A stretch of 64,000 nt of DNA from Guillardia theta CCMP2712 (lineage: Eukaryota > Protista > Cryptophyta): contig NW_005434614.1 in the NCBI RefSeq assembly GCF_000315625.1, forward strand, positions 331,219-395,218. The letters run 5' to 3'. Position numbers and translations under genes: made by a program. Within the stretch, counting starts at the first letter, position 1. Every line of letters starts with the position of its first letter. The notes beneath the pieces are model-generated. The model had not been told where the DNA came from, did not search any database, and was given only the letters and a program-made list of their open reading frames with translations. Below, in pieces: positions 24,861-38,300 of the stretch.

Positions 24861-26996
24861 CTGTGTTACATCCCTTCACTGCCTTTCAACAGTCCAAGGG
24901 AAGCGGGAACCGAAACAAAACAAAAAGATAAAAAAACCTAAAATAAAACCAACGGCAAGAGTCATGCCAAAAAAAAAGATATGTAGTAAATATTGTTACG
25001 ACTGGAAATCTTTACTACATTCTTTTTGTTTACCACACATCGCCTCAATCACTACCCACCCTCCGGCTCGATGTCCACCTTTGAAAACAATCAAACATCA
25101 TTATTAAATTTCAAGTTTTGTGACATACAGTTGGGTATTTGAGAGGTTCCGGATCACAGGGGGTGGTGTGATTTTTTACTACAGTTTTTCGAAATCAACT
25201 TTTCACTAAAGGAAATTTGAACATAACTCTTTTGATATAAAACTTTCAAAATAGAACCAATATTTTAATGAACGTTTGACTATTTTTCGATCTACTTGGA
25301 AGTGTTGTAATATCTCAACTCTATTGTTTACTACTCAATTCACGCCCCTACAACCCAAACGTATCTTGGAGCGCATGCCCAACAACCCCCCTTGTACCCT
25401 CTTCCTTCCTACACCCACCCCACCCACCCCACTCATGACACCTCACCAGCTTTAAACCACCCACCACCACTTTTGAAATCTGGTATGAGTACCGAAAACT
25501 CCCCAAACCATGGTCAGAAGGAGGGGTGGGGTCCTTGGTACATTCCATGATGTCCCAACCTTTTTTTAAGGGACCACGTGGATGACCACCCCATGGGCCC
25601 CACCCCTACCTGTCCTACCCCTACCCACCTTGTTTTTTTTCTTTGCCTTTGCCATAGCCTCCTTCTAGGTCTTGAGCCCTCCCCGATACCACCCACCCAC
25701 AAGACTACCCCCATGGTATGATCACTACCCCTATTTTCCTGGAGTAGGGTACGGCCTTCACAACATCCGCACCCCACCTTGATCCAGATCTTACTCCACC
25801 CCACCTGCTTTCCACTCCTCCTCGGACCTCCGTTATGCTTCCCGCTCACGCCCCTGCTTCCGAATCCATGGAAAGCGGCGGGACCGCGGCCTTGAGCAGA
25901 ACTCTTTCCTGCTGTTGCCTATCATGTCTATCCTCTGCTGCCATCCCTCCTCCTGCGCACCATTCACTGATTCTCTCTACCGATGTACACGGCATGATCA
26001 TTTTCTATGCCCATGCTGACTCTTGAGACTAGCATTATCCTCTTTCTTCGTTTCCTCCTTCTGAACTCCCCTGCATCATTTCTTTTATCTCCGGAGGGAT
26101 GACAGTACGATTTGATGCTTCATTACTGCACCTGTATCCATCGTTTATCCTGCGTTCGTGTTGTCATACTGGACAACTCTAGTGCTGACTCACTGCTTCA
26201 ACCCAAGTGTAAATATTAGAGCAGAAAGCAGAAGAAAAAGAAAAGGAAAAGTTTGATTGATATGGGAGTCATGAGGATAGATCCATTTTGTACTTACATT
26301 TATCATTGTTCAAACACGTCACTCTCCTTCTGGAGGGCGTGCTAGTCGTATAAGGCAACCATTTTCGTTTCTCGGAACCCCCTCCTTTGCTTCCCAGCTT
26401 CCCATGCAAAAAACTCATCTTTTCCATGCTTGTTGCATCGCAATGTGTCATCCAAGTACGTAGATCTCATTCTGCCAAAGACGGCTAGGTTTTGTTCGCC
26501 TTCTTCGTGTCGTTGCTCACCTTAGTTTATCCACGAGGATTCCTATGTAGCTGTCAACATGTCGTGAGCTTGATTTCTGTGGGTAGAGGTGTACTCATTT
26601 ATTTGGTGTGTCGCAGAACAACCAACTCAAGAATGTGCTCATCAGCAGCTTTGAAGGAGACTCCATTAAGTGGAATCTCTATGCCTGAATGATTGAAATC
26701 CTGTAAATCAGGAGCCATCTTTGTATTGAAGGACCCGGCAAAGCTGTCAAGCAATCACGATATTGCAAAATTTCTCTCCCAGAGGATCAACATGTACAAA
26801 GTCTGAACAAGAATTGCAATCATATTTTAATCAGCGATACCTCGGATCTATGGTCTCGTACGCGGGGACAGTTTCAAGTTGGTCCAACTCTCTTGCACTT
26901 TAACACGGACTCTTGTTTCTTTTCAGACCGTTGGACAGCACAGCGCATGAGCTGATTTCTACCAGACAGTTTTAGGCGAACGTGGATTAGCTTAGC

Positions 26997-28200
26997 ATGC
27001 AGCCAGAGAACAGATTTTCGTCCTCTTCCTGGGGTGACAAGTCGTCCAATGGTACACGTCCCAGCAACACCACAGCTTCCAACCCTTCGCGACTTGTACA
27101 GCAGTTACCGTCCTCATCAACGTTTCAACACCATGAAAGTGCAGGAATAGCTGGTGAGAAGCGACCTCGAGGTCGACCAAAAGGATCCAAAGACACCCAA
27201 CCGAGGAAGAAGAAGATGAACAAGAGCGACAAGGACTCGGATGACAACACCACAGACATTCTTCCTGCAAGGAGACGAGGAAGGCCGATAGGCTCAAAGG
27301 ACTCTCATCCTCGCAGGAGAAAGCGAGCTGTTACTGGACTCAATGATGAAGATTGTTACCCTGAAGCTCCCAGCAGCTCCGATCAAATCACAATGTCTCT
27401 CGATTCGCACAGCTCCAACGCATCCATGAAAAAGTCTGGGATAAGCAGCAGCGAAACCTCCACAGGAGATAGCATGAGCATTTCATCCGAGGCTCGATCG
27501 CATCCATTGAGTTCAGCTGACTTGATTCAAAGCCTCAGCAAGGAACTCTCCCGCTCCCTCGGCAATCCTCCACCTGTTACCAGCTTACCTACAACGACGC
27601 CGATGTTCAGCCTGGCAGGAGGCAACTTGGTTCAGGGATCCGTTGCTTCTTGCAGCCTCCGGCCTCAGCTCCTGACGTCCATCTCTCCCGCCTCCTCTGG
27701 CCTTCCGGTCTCTGCTGGATTCTTTCGGCCCGGCCTGCTGGACATGCAAGCGGGCTTGAGTTGTATGCCTATCCTTCTGCCTCCTACTGGCATACTATCG
27801 CAGTTGCCATTGCAGGCAGGAAACCTGAGCAGTATTATCTCTTCGCGACCGGTGAGTCTTGTCTACTGCCTGTCTGCCTCCCGCTGACCTGATTCATAGA
27901 TGGAGTCGACGTCGCTGCATCCCCGCATGAACAAGACTGACATTTCTTCGTTGCTTGCTGGATCTAACGACGACAAACGTAAGTCGAGCTCTTCTCTGCA
28001 CGTGCTAGGTAACAATCTGCCTCCATGACCTTCCTTCACTATCGTACTCGATCCGCTTGTGTTCTCTTCTCCTCGTTCTCCTCTTGTACCCCGGCCCATG
28101 TCGCTCACAAGTCGGGCAGACGGGCCCATGCACAGGCACTTTGCCAACTCAAGTGATCTTGTGCTGCCGTCGGTGTCCAAGGACGCAGAGCTGAACCAGG
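26997..28200 (+). CDS. AT-hook DNA-binding protein
   Basis: Two AT-hooks, KRPRGRPKGSKD and RRRGRPIGSKD, with a Ser/Pro-rich tail. Introns follow 27851; 3' end approximate. Confidence 0.8.
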
Positions 28201-29292
28201 TTGAGTTTCAATTCGCAAAGTCTTAGACTGAAGCTGATGACAGGGCAGTGGTGGGGCGGGAAAGCAGGGTCAGGGGTAACGAGACAGAAAGGAAGGAGGT
28301 TGTGATGTAAGATACAGCAAGGGAGGTGTACATAGTGCAGAAGTGAGTCAAGATGTTTGTGATCTAATTCTATCAAAACAATAAAATTGTAACAACACGC
28401 TTTCAGCCGCTAACCATCTGCTCGCATTCTCGTGGGTACTCAGCTGCGAACAGTGAGTCAGATCTGTCAAACAGCAGGCAGAGTACAGCAAGCCACAGCA
28501 AGGCAAGGACATACCGAGAAGGAGGAGAAGGCTGTGCGCCAAGATTTTCGTGCAGCCCGCAGAGCAAGTGTACTCGACGATGAGCCTGGAGGACGAGCGA
28601 AGCATGTTAGATGATTCTTTCAACTGATTCTGTCTCACCTCATCACAGCTGGATCAAGGAGCCCAAACTTGCTCTCTGCCCCCAGCCTTTGAAACATCAG
28701 AGCTGCCTGCCTCTTCCTTCCCTGCCGCCTCCTTCGCTCACCTCGAGTGTTGGCCCATACAGAGGGCAAGGTGCCGATCACGCAGGAGCCACAAGGACGA
28801 GTCCACACCTCCACTGTCCGCCTCCACTTCCTTCTGGGTGATCTCGAGGAGAGTATGTTCTGCTTTCGCGCGCTTGAGCTCCAGCCTCACACTGCCGCGT
28901 GGTTAGTGTTAGCTATCCCTCCCTCCAACGAGCGACACCTGTCCAACGTTGCCATGTTAGCAATGATGTGCAGGGTCAGGTGCAGCTCCCGAGGTTGGAT
29001 GGAGATGCTCTTGGTTGAAGTCACCGAGTTTGCAAAGCTTGGCTACATGTACACATCAGGTTTTCCATTCCATTCCGATTCAACAAGTACCGTTCGACCG
29101 ATCCACATTTTCAATAATTCCAGCAACCAAACTATCAGGTCAAATCTGAAGAGAACATGCTTGTTTTCCTGTCGCACGAGTTGAGCACACTTCTAAATAA
29201 ATCAAAGAATCTAGACCTCTATCTGAGATAAATTCTTCAGTGCATGAACAACAGAAAAAATTCCCCAGGTGATTCCGACCCACTTTTCACCT

Positions 29293-31003
29293 TTAAGCGC
29301 GTAATGCAGACATCGAACCTAAGGTTGGGTCAACTTGTTCATGAATCATTCCAATGAAGTTGGCTGACCAGAATCTCCATCGCCTCTCTTCTCAGACTGA
29401 CGTTCCCACAAACCCCTGATCGACAGATCTCTACGTAATCCTGAATCGGCCGCTTGTAAACTCCTCTTGAGATTTTCATTTCTCCATGCAGGTTTTTGCA
29501 GATCTCGCTTTCGTCTTGCAACGCACGTGAAGTAGGCGAGAGACAGGTTGAGTCCTCCATGGATGAGGTATGTGGCGATCGTGGACCATGCGCCATGATG
29601 TTGGCAATCGCCATTGTCGCCCTTGCAACGATCGCGTCCATCTGCAACGATGACATCAATGTAAAGAGCAGAGCTTTTCTGTTCACCTCATCTGGGGTCT
29701 CATAATTTGCCATCAGGGCCGCAGAAAGCGCATCATTGATGATGTTGTGCTTGATAAGAACGCATCTCGCCTGCAATCATACAGTCAGGATTATCACTTC
29801 ATGCCACACCAGTCCATGCCTGATCAGATCTTGAAATGTGATTGAAAGCTCCAACAGCGTCTGTGCGTGCGTTGGTATCCTCAGCCTTGCAAAGATCTTT
29901 CAAGGCTCCAAGCAAGCCCGGTTCTTCGCTGAACATAAGGTTCGGCCATCGGCATTTTTGCATTTGTGAAATAATATACTGCGAAAATCCAGGGACTCGT
30001 TTGAGATCATCCCAGAAATTCACGGGACCATAGCTAGAAACATATTCGAAAAGGTCTCTCGCTTGTCTTTCCTTGAGGCAGGGAATCGCAATAAGTTCGT
30101 CAAGCCTCGCTGAGTTGATGTTTAGCACATCTGCATGCACAATGATAGCTGACGCTTGTTCGCTGAAGGCCGAGATGTTGTTCACAGCCAGAGCTGCAGC
30201 TGCTTTGCTGTCTCTCGAGCTGTGCTCCATCACGTTGCAGAGTCCTCGTAATATCCCGGGAGTTCTCACCATTGCTATGCAGTTCTCCGCATTGTCAAAG
30301 GCAATTTGCGCCAGTGCCGCACAGGCCCAGCCCTACGAGGAGGGTTAGAACAATGTGTTGATTGAAAACAAGATGCTACTTGTCCTTCATCCGTCCCATG
30401 CGTAACAAGGTGTGAAAACCCTTCAAAGACTCCTTCCATCGCCCCGATCTCCTGTCGATTTCTTGTCGCGATGGGTGAGGCATATCCACCCTACAACAAT
30501 CAAACACGTATCAGGTCAGCCAGTCACATTGCGTATCTGCTTGGAATTCAAGAGATGAAAGGTTCGCCCACGCCTCACAGTCCTTTCATCCTCCCTTGCT
30601 TTCGAGTTTCAGTTGTTGAAACCCTCCCCGATTACGCAAATCGGTTGCGAATAGGCACAATATGCATGAACATACCTAAACCTCAACATTCTGCTTTCAA
30701 AAGCAGGAAAGCAGTCAAGCTAACCTCTCTAGAGAATTCATGTCTGTCACGAGATTGCAGACACTTGTCTTTCTAGGAAGTAGCTTCTTTTTATCACATC
30801 AAGAGTTCCGCAGGAGTTGTACAAGAAGCGAGAAAGAGCTGAACGAGGGATCGAAGAGGACGAGTCACCTTGATTCCGAGATCGAAGAGAGCCTCTGCTG
30901 CCGCCGCTGCCACCCAGGGGTCTTCGTCCTTCAGTTGCCTGACAAGCCTCCTCACCTTGTCCTTCACTCGCTCCCTGCCATCCTCCTCCCCAGCCATGGC
31001 CAT
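29293..31003 (-). CDS. armadillo-repeat protein with inserted ComEA-type helix-hairpin-helix domain
   Basis: ARM repeats LVRQLKDED..AAAEALFDL, PGILRGLCNVM..AALAVNNIS, PGLLGALKDL..AVGAFNHIS. HhH insert LNINSARLDELIAIPCL..GPVNFWDDLKRVPGF. Confidence 0.8.
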
Positions 31004-31699
31004 GCACCAAACCAACTCTATTTCCCTCTATTGCCACCCCCTCTAAGGTACGACCCAGACCACCCTACCCCTCTGACTTTTGAACGAGAGGGTGGATTGA
31101 AAACCTAGGGCTTATACCCTACCATTTACGTCGTTGTGGGAGATAAGACCACCGGTATTCTTACACCCACCCACCCGGTCATTTCAAATTCCTGTAGGAT
31201 GATATCCAAATCGCTTTTACCCCTCGCAGCAGTCGCCCCCACCCCCACCCCCACCCCTTCTGATGTATAAGTTTTACAATCAATCTATCAATTATACAGG
31301 TAAACCCTTACCCACCCCACCTGATGGGGTAGGTAGAACGGGTAGGGTCTTGAGGCAGTACGACGCGAGGAGTCACAGCATGGCGGGCGGCGTCAAAGTC
31401 CTGCTGCTGCTCGCGATGGGCGAGTTGGGTGAGTGAGTTGTGCTTGCATGCAGGGTGAGAAGCGGTAGACAACAAGAAGATGCTGCCGATGATGATCACA
31501 CAGTAGGCACTTGCAGAAGAGTGAAATCTGAAAATGAGTTGATGAAGTTGAAGAGTTGAAAAATGAACCAACGAGGCTAATACGAGTATGACGATGTAGA
31601 GTTACAAGGAAGGAAACTGATACATTGTGGAGAATCTGGAATGGAATTAGATGAGTAACGGCGGGAAGAACTAGAATCGAAAAACGCAGAATTTGTAGA

Positions 31700-34600
31700 A
31701 TGAGGATACGACCACAAGAACTGTACATTCTTCTTTTAGTTGGGAACACGATCATACTGATTCGGAATGAGTCAATCTATGTCTAGACTCTGAATCTCTT
31801 TTTCGGCTTACGATTCTTTCATTAGCTCACTCGGATTTGTCCACGTACCGTTATGCCAAGATCACGTGGACTTCTTGCGAGCAAGGCTTCTATGATCCTC
31901 TCTTCCCTGATACTTGCAAAGACTCTTCAAGTCCGTTGGACATTGGAGTGACAGTAAGCGCAGCATGGGACATCCGAGATTTGAGTGAAACATCTATGAT
32001 ACTGCTCAGTGACGCGCTGCAAGCAAAGCAGAAGTTCTTGACTGACCCTGCTAGTGCAAAGCTCAGTTTGACTCGCGGAGACCCTATGGGCAAATATCGA
32101 AAGATAGGTTACCGGACGTTGGATGCAACATCTACCACAGATGTCGATTGTTCAAGAGATAAGAATTGCGATGCTACGAATTATTACTTGCGGATCGATC
32201 ACCTCTCACCAGATGGAAACGTGATCTTCTGCCGCTTTTCCTTTACAGCTTCTCTTTCTCCTCAGGGTACAGTACATCTGGTAATTTGCTGGCTTGCTTG
32301 CGTCTGATTCTTTACTTTCTCACTGTGGTCTCTTTTAGCTTCAATTCGAAGGATGTTGCCGTCTCGATCGATACACATACGAGAACCTGAATCTGGCTGC
32401 ATCGACGTCCAAATCCAATTTTGAAATCTCCGCGACAGTGATAACTGACGGGGTTGCTCCTCTCCAGACAAGATCACCTCAAATCAGTTCGCCATACCTT
32501 GTGGAGCTGACATCGACAACACCTATCTGCACTCCTCCCTCGTTTCCGATACAAGCCTTTCATCCTCTTGATCAGTACAAGGACAGCTTAGGTAATGTGT
32601 TCATTCACCGCTTCAAATCCTATTGATTTTTCCCTGCTTGCTTTGACAGCTTACACAAATTTTTTCTCTACTGCAAAGTTTGTATTGGATGCGAGCGGAA
32701 ATTTACAATTTACTTCTTGCGAGTCCAATCCAGGCGATTTGTGGTGGGTCGCCAAAATAGAAGTGATGAGTGCAGCATCTTGTGGAGCAACTCCAGCAAA
32801 CAAAGACAGATGCTCTAGTGCGATCATCGACTTCTTGATCCATGTCCAAGTGCTGCCAATTACTACCATGTACTCGTTGCCAGCCGTCGCAAACCCTGAC
32901 TCCTTCTTGAGCCCCCGGACTACCAGAAATCAATATTTTTCCATCCAATGCAATACGGAGGATTTTGAATTTTCCAGCGTCAAAACGAGAACGCTAAGGA
33001 TTGGATTTCGAAACCCTGCTATGCCTTCATCGAACAATAGTCTTGATTGGATATTTCAAAACAACGATTTTCCCAGCATTGGTATCTCCCCTGTAAAATG
33101 GGCAAACAATTATGGATACGTTGACTTGACATGGAGACCGCATTGTGAAGATCCGTCGCAGGTTGGTCTTTTCTTACTTTGCTTCACTGCCCGAGCAGCT
33201 GGATACACCTCTGTACCAAGTTTCTCGTCGTGTATTTATGTCAAAAGTTTGCCTCCTTTACCGAATCCTCCCCCCCAGATTGTCTATCCGCTTCAGCAAA
33301 CGTGTTCTGCAGACTGCGTCAGTTGTTGTGGAGAACTCAACTGCACAATACCGAACAACGCGACCTGTTGTAGAAGGGCGCATGCTATCCGCGGAGCCAG
33401 TTTCCAGATGGACGTCAAGGCAATCACTCAGGACTACGTGCAGAGAGTTGATGTGAACTTCTCTTTTCCTGAGGCAGTGCTGCCTGTGCCAACAACTATC
33501 CAGAAGAAATGGGGTTGTGGTGATGTCTCCTTCGATCAGTGTACCTCTAATCCTTCCATCTCCAACGATGTAATGACGAAAACCCTTTTATTTGCAAGTT
33601 GCTCGGTTCTGATGCAGATACCGGTCAGGTTACAGTGAGATTCAGTTACGCACAAGGCCAGGACTCTATGACAGGAATTTACAAGATTTGCTATCAAGCT
33701 GTGCAGGTTTGTTTGTACCCCTTGGGTGCTAATTGTTAACACAGTACGGTCTAGGTTTCAGATCCGCTTGTGAACAATGAGCTCTGGGCTAGATTCTATG
33801 GAGGAAGTTACACTCAGAACAGCTGCCTTGTCTGCATCGCGTTGAGGATAGAAAGCGAACCTTTCTTTGTTGAGACCACGCTCTTGCAGCAAGGCTCGAC
33901 GGACAACTCAGTAACAATCCCTCTAGCAGTAAGTCAGATCTTGCCCTCGAGAAACCCTTTAGGAAATCATTACAGGTTGGGCGGACACTTCGAATCAATC
34001 TCCTAGCTGCATACAACATGGGAGGCTCAACTGCTAGCTTAGACATCTTCCCATTATCCGAACCGGGTCTTCCAAGCGGAGGGGTCCTGTCGGCAACCAA
34101 GGTGGTTCGTTTCTTCCATATTTCGTGTATAAATGGAGTTCACAGCAAGTCAACTTGACTGGATCTGCTGTTCCTACTGCGTTTCAGCGTTCTTTCGACT
34201 TCACCCCTCATGTACTGACCTTTGCCTGCTTTTTGGTGTTTTGATACTGTAACAGGTTGGGCAACAAGCTCAGACGTTCTCCGTGTGTTTTGCAGCCAAG
34301 AGAACCGACATTGCTCTACAGACTCCACTGAACAGATGTTATATCATACAAGTGTATGAGGCAACTGTGTTCTGGAAAGTAGAGAAGGTGCAATTCGCGC
34401 CTCAAAGATTTTCGAATGAAGTTTGATGAGCAGGTTGGAACCAGCAATGTGATTGAGCTCAGATACCTGCGAGATACTGTGACTGTCGGCTGTCCGGTAT
34501 CATACTTTCTGTACGCCAAGAGTCAGTTCTACAACATAGAACTTGAGCCAGACTTCAACTCAACCTGCGACGGATGTGCTTTGAACGAGACATACGTGGT

Positions 34601-35280
34601 GCCTTCCTGCTCGAGCGATCCGAGCCTAACTTGCTGCGGCAATGGCAAGTGCGATGGGTTCGAGACAGGCATCAGTTGCCCAGTAGACTGCAAGAATGAC
34701 AACTTCGATCTCAAGCAGTTGGTCTTGGGAAATTCAGCGAACGAATACACGAGCTCAATCCAGTTCTCGTGGACTCCAAAGGCGGATATGAGAGGGCGGA
34801 AAGTATACTCCTGTCTGAGGGCAAAGGACGCAGTGAGCGGAACAGGAGCAATTTTTCAGAAGCTCACTCCATCGATTGCTCCGTCTTTCTGCTTTGTTTT
34901 TGATGTGGAGAAATGCAGCTTCTGTCTGAGCGGAGGGGCGACGTTTGAGCGGATCACTCGCACATTTCTCTTCAATCACGACTGGCTGCTGTTGTACAAC
35001 AACAACCCCAACATCCCAAATCCGGACTCAGTTCCAGCTGAGACACGGCTTGTCATCGGTCCCACCTACACCGTCAAGCGGGGAGACACAGTGATGAGCA
35101 TCGCAGGTGCGAGCGGCTGGAAGTGTTTGCGCCTTGTAACTCATTTGCACAGCGTGGGCGAAAACAACGGTGAAAGGCATTCTAGACCACAACCCTGACA
35201 TGGCAGATCCTAACTTCCTTCCCCCGGGCTCCACAGTGTGCCTGTCGGTTTGCAGTCAAGCGGCCTCATATCAATGGTAA
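31700..35280 (+). CDS. large secreted protein with Ig-like repeats, Cys-rich module and two C-terminal LysM domains
   Basis: Hydrophobic N-terminus; CGNGKCDGFETGISCPVDC; LysM1 GATFERI..LLYNNNPNIPNPDSVPAETRLVI; LysM2 YTVKRGDTVMSIA..ILDHNPDMADPNFLPPGSTVCL. Confidence 0.8.
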
Positions 35281-35385
35281 GAGGGTGAAACGCAGTGAGA
35301 TGTAGGGGTGGAACATCTCCGCAGGTGTAACTTTATTGTTTGAGTTTGCGGCATGTACATAGAGAGAGAGCTGGTTCAAACGCTG

Positions 35386-38300
35386 CTAGTCCTCCTTCTC
35401 CTTCTCCTTCTCCTTGCCCTCCAGCACCTCAGCGAAAGCATCGAAGAGAGCTCCTACGGGTATGGAGTACAATCCAATCCCTGCCACCACCAAGCAGCAC
35501 GCCAGCACCTGTCCGAGGGGAGAAAAGTCAACCTGTCCCCACTCGCCGCTGAGGAAGATAGCTGTAAAGTAGAGCGAGGAAGGAATGTTGTCAAACGCTC
35601 CACCTAAAGCTGGGTTTCCACGATCGAGGAGGTAGAAGCCATAGGCGGAACCGACCCAGATGATTAGAGCGAGGAAAGACGTTGCAATGAGAGTGTCCTT
35701 GGAGGCGCGGAAGACGTCGTCGATCAGCGTGAAAGCCTCAGTGTAGTGCTCCCATTGCAGCACCCTGAGCAAGCGGAGGAAGCGAGGAAGCGCAAAGTCA
35801 TACGAAATGCCACAAGCTGCCCAGTACCACTCGAGGTAGAAGGGAAGGAAAGCGAACATGTCAGCTGTCCCAAAGAAGGAGGTCAAGTAGCCCATCCGTG
35901 AGAACCTGAGCATAAATCAGCCTCTCCTTTCAAAGGATCAGACTCACCCGGCCCTCCGATCATAAGGAGCAGCAATCACTCGCAGGACATACAAGACCGT
36001 AAAGAGCATCCCGCATACTCCCTCCAGCGAAGCGAAGAAGCCGTCACCGATCTGAACTCTCATCGCCTAATCGATTGCTCAGTGACGCTCGATGATCAAA
36101 AACAGACGCACTGGATCAGACTCAAGGATGATCAAGACAACATCGAAGCCGATGAAATAAAGCATGAGGTTGTCGAACCAGACACCTGTGTCATCGTCCG
36201 GGGACAGCATGATCTGAATCTTGGAGGCGAAGGAGCCGTCATTGAGGTAAACAGGATCTTCAGCCTGAGCAAACAAAATCAGGGTAGCTATAAGGATGTA
36301 CGATAATTCAACGAGCCATGGGTGGAGAGGGCGCAAACGAGTAAGTGAGCTTGACAAGCTTAAAGAAGCAAGAGATAGCAAGGAGAAGAATGAAGAAGAG
36401 TGGAGAGCGATAAATGGGACCTTGGCTTCTCTATTCTCCTGAGATTTCATTCCTCTTCGTTTTCTCTGCTCTTTGTAAGCTGTAGGCTCGACAAGCATGA
36501 AGAGGATTACCTCTTTGAGAGCCACGTCTGTGAAGCCATTTGCAATGATTCCCGAGGGGATGCTTACGATTCCCACAGCAAACAAGCACATGAGGAAGCA
36601 AAGAAATTTCCCCGCGAGTGTGTAGTCGATAAGGGGATAGTCTCCAGAAAGATGTATCAACGTGTAGGACATGGCAGAAGGGACATCCTTGTAGCGTTTT
36701 GCCTGCATGAAAGTCAGCAGGCAAAGTCAGAGGCTTGACGACCTCTCACCATTGTCACTCCATTTTCAGTGGGATCCAGCAAATTGTTCTTCTCCGTCAT
36801 CCACATCAACGTGCTAAACATAAGCCAGAAAACTGTCGCCGCAAAGCCTGTAACAGCAAGAGGAAGCGAATTTTCACGAAAGACGTCGTCGATAAGCGTG
36901 ATAGACGGGATGTACCTGCAGCAAAGACTAAGGAACTTATCGCACGCACACAAACACTCTCGTACTTGTCCATCTTCAGCAGTCGGAGCAGACGGAGCAT
37001 TCGCAAGGCCTCGTCATATTTGTCCACAAGTCCTCCCGGAAACAGGAGCGACCAGTAGTATGGGGCAATGGTGAGAAAATCTGTAGAATTTCAGAGGGAT
37101 ATGCAGGAAAATGCATCAACCGATAATGGCATAGAAGGAAAAGATGAATCGCATTCTAGGAAACCTCTTGCTGGAAAACAATGGATCTAGAGGTGCTGAA
37201 ATAAGACGAAGGATGTATTCAATCGTGAAAATGCAGACGGAAATCTGATCATCAAAAGAAAACATCAAATATCAAATATTAAATGTCAAAAATGAACAAT
37301 CAAGTTCAAACCAGCTCGATATGATCTAACAGATGTTTATGCTCCTTGCTGAAGTCTGGCAATGTTTCCATAGACTTTGAAGAAATAAATGGTCACAAAA
37401 CACCAAAGAGATCAGAAAAAGAGAGCAAAAAGATGCATACCTGTTGGAAGACAGTGGCGAAAATAAGGTAGAAGAGAATCTGTTCAAAAATGCTTCCTAG
37501 CAATGTTCTCCCTTCTACAAATTGCCGAATAGGGAAAAGAAAGCTTTCTTCTTGGCTATGAGACTCTTGCTGCTGGCTGGCATCCTCGTCTTTCTTAGAG
37601 TATCTCTCTGTCGCCCACTCTTCGAAGCCGTTTCCAAGTATGCCTATGGGGATGGCAAACGTTCCAACAGCCAGCACTCCCATCACTCCAGATATGACTT
37701 TGCCAAGGGGCGAGTAATCGCAGAGCGGGACCTCACCACACAAATTGAGCAGCGTTGGCCACATGGCATCGGGGATAGAGGCATAGTAGTGCTTCCCGTC
37801 CGGCGCCACCAACTTGGGGTTGTTGCGCTCTAGCAGATACATGACAGAGGAGAAGAATATCCACAATACTGTTGCTGCAAAGCCGCTGACCGCCAACACA
37901 TCTCGGTTGTTGAGAAGAATATCGTCGAAGATGGTGAAGACTTTCACATAAGATTCTAGCTTGAGCATCCGGAGGAGTCGGAGAGATCTGACGAACGAGA
38001 TGTTCACCTCGAAGGGCCAGAGGTCAAACGTTGAGAGAAAGAATGGAAGAATAGCTGAAAGATCCACGATAGAGTAGAACGTTCCAAAGTACTTGATTCG
38101 CCCAAAGAAGCCGCTGTAATCGGGACGAACACCGACAGCATAGAATCTCAAGAAATAGTCCAGAGTGAAGACAATCACTGACACGTCTTCAATTCTATCA
38201 AACCATTTCATCAAACTTTCATACCGATGCATGTATTGCATCGAGTCCATCACAAAACCAAGAACATTGCACAAGATTACCACGATCATCGCCTTCTCAT

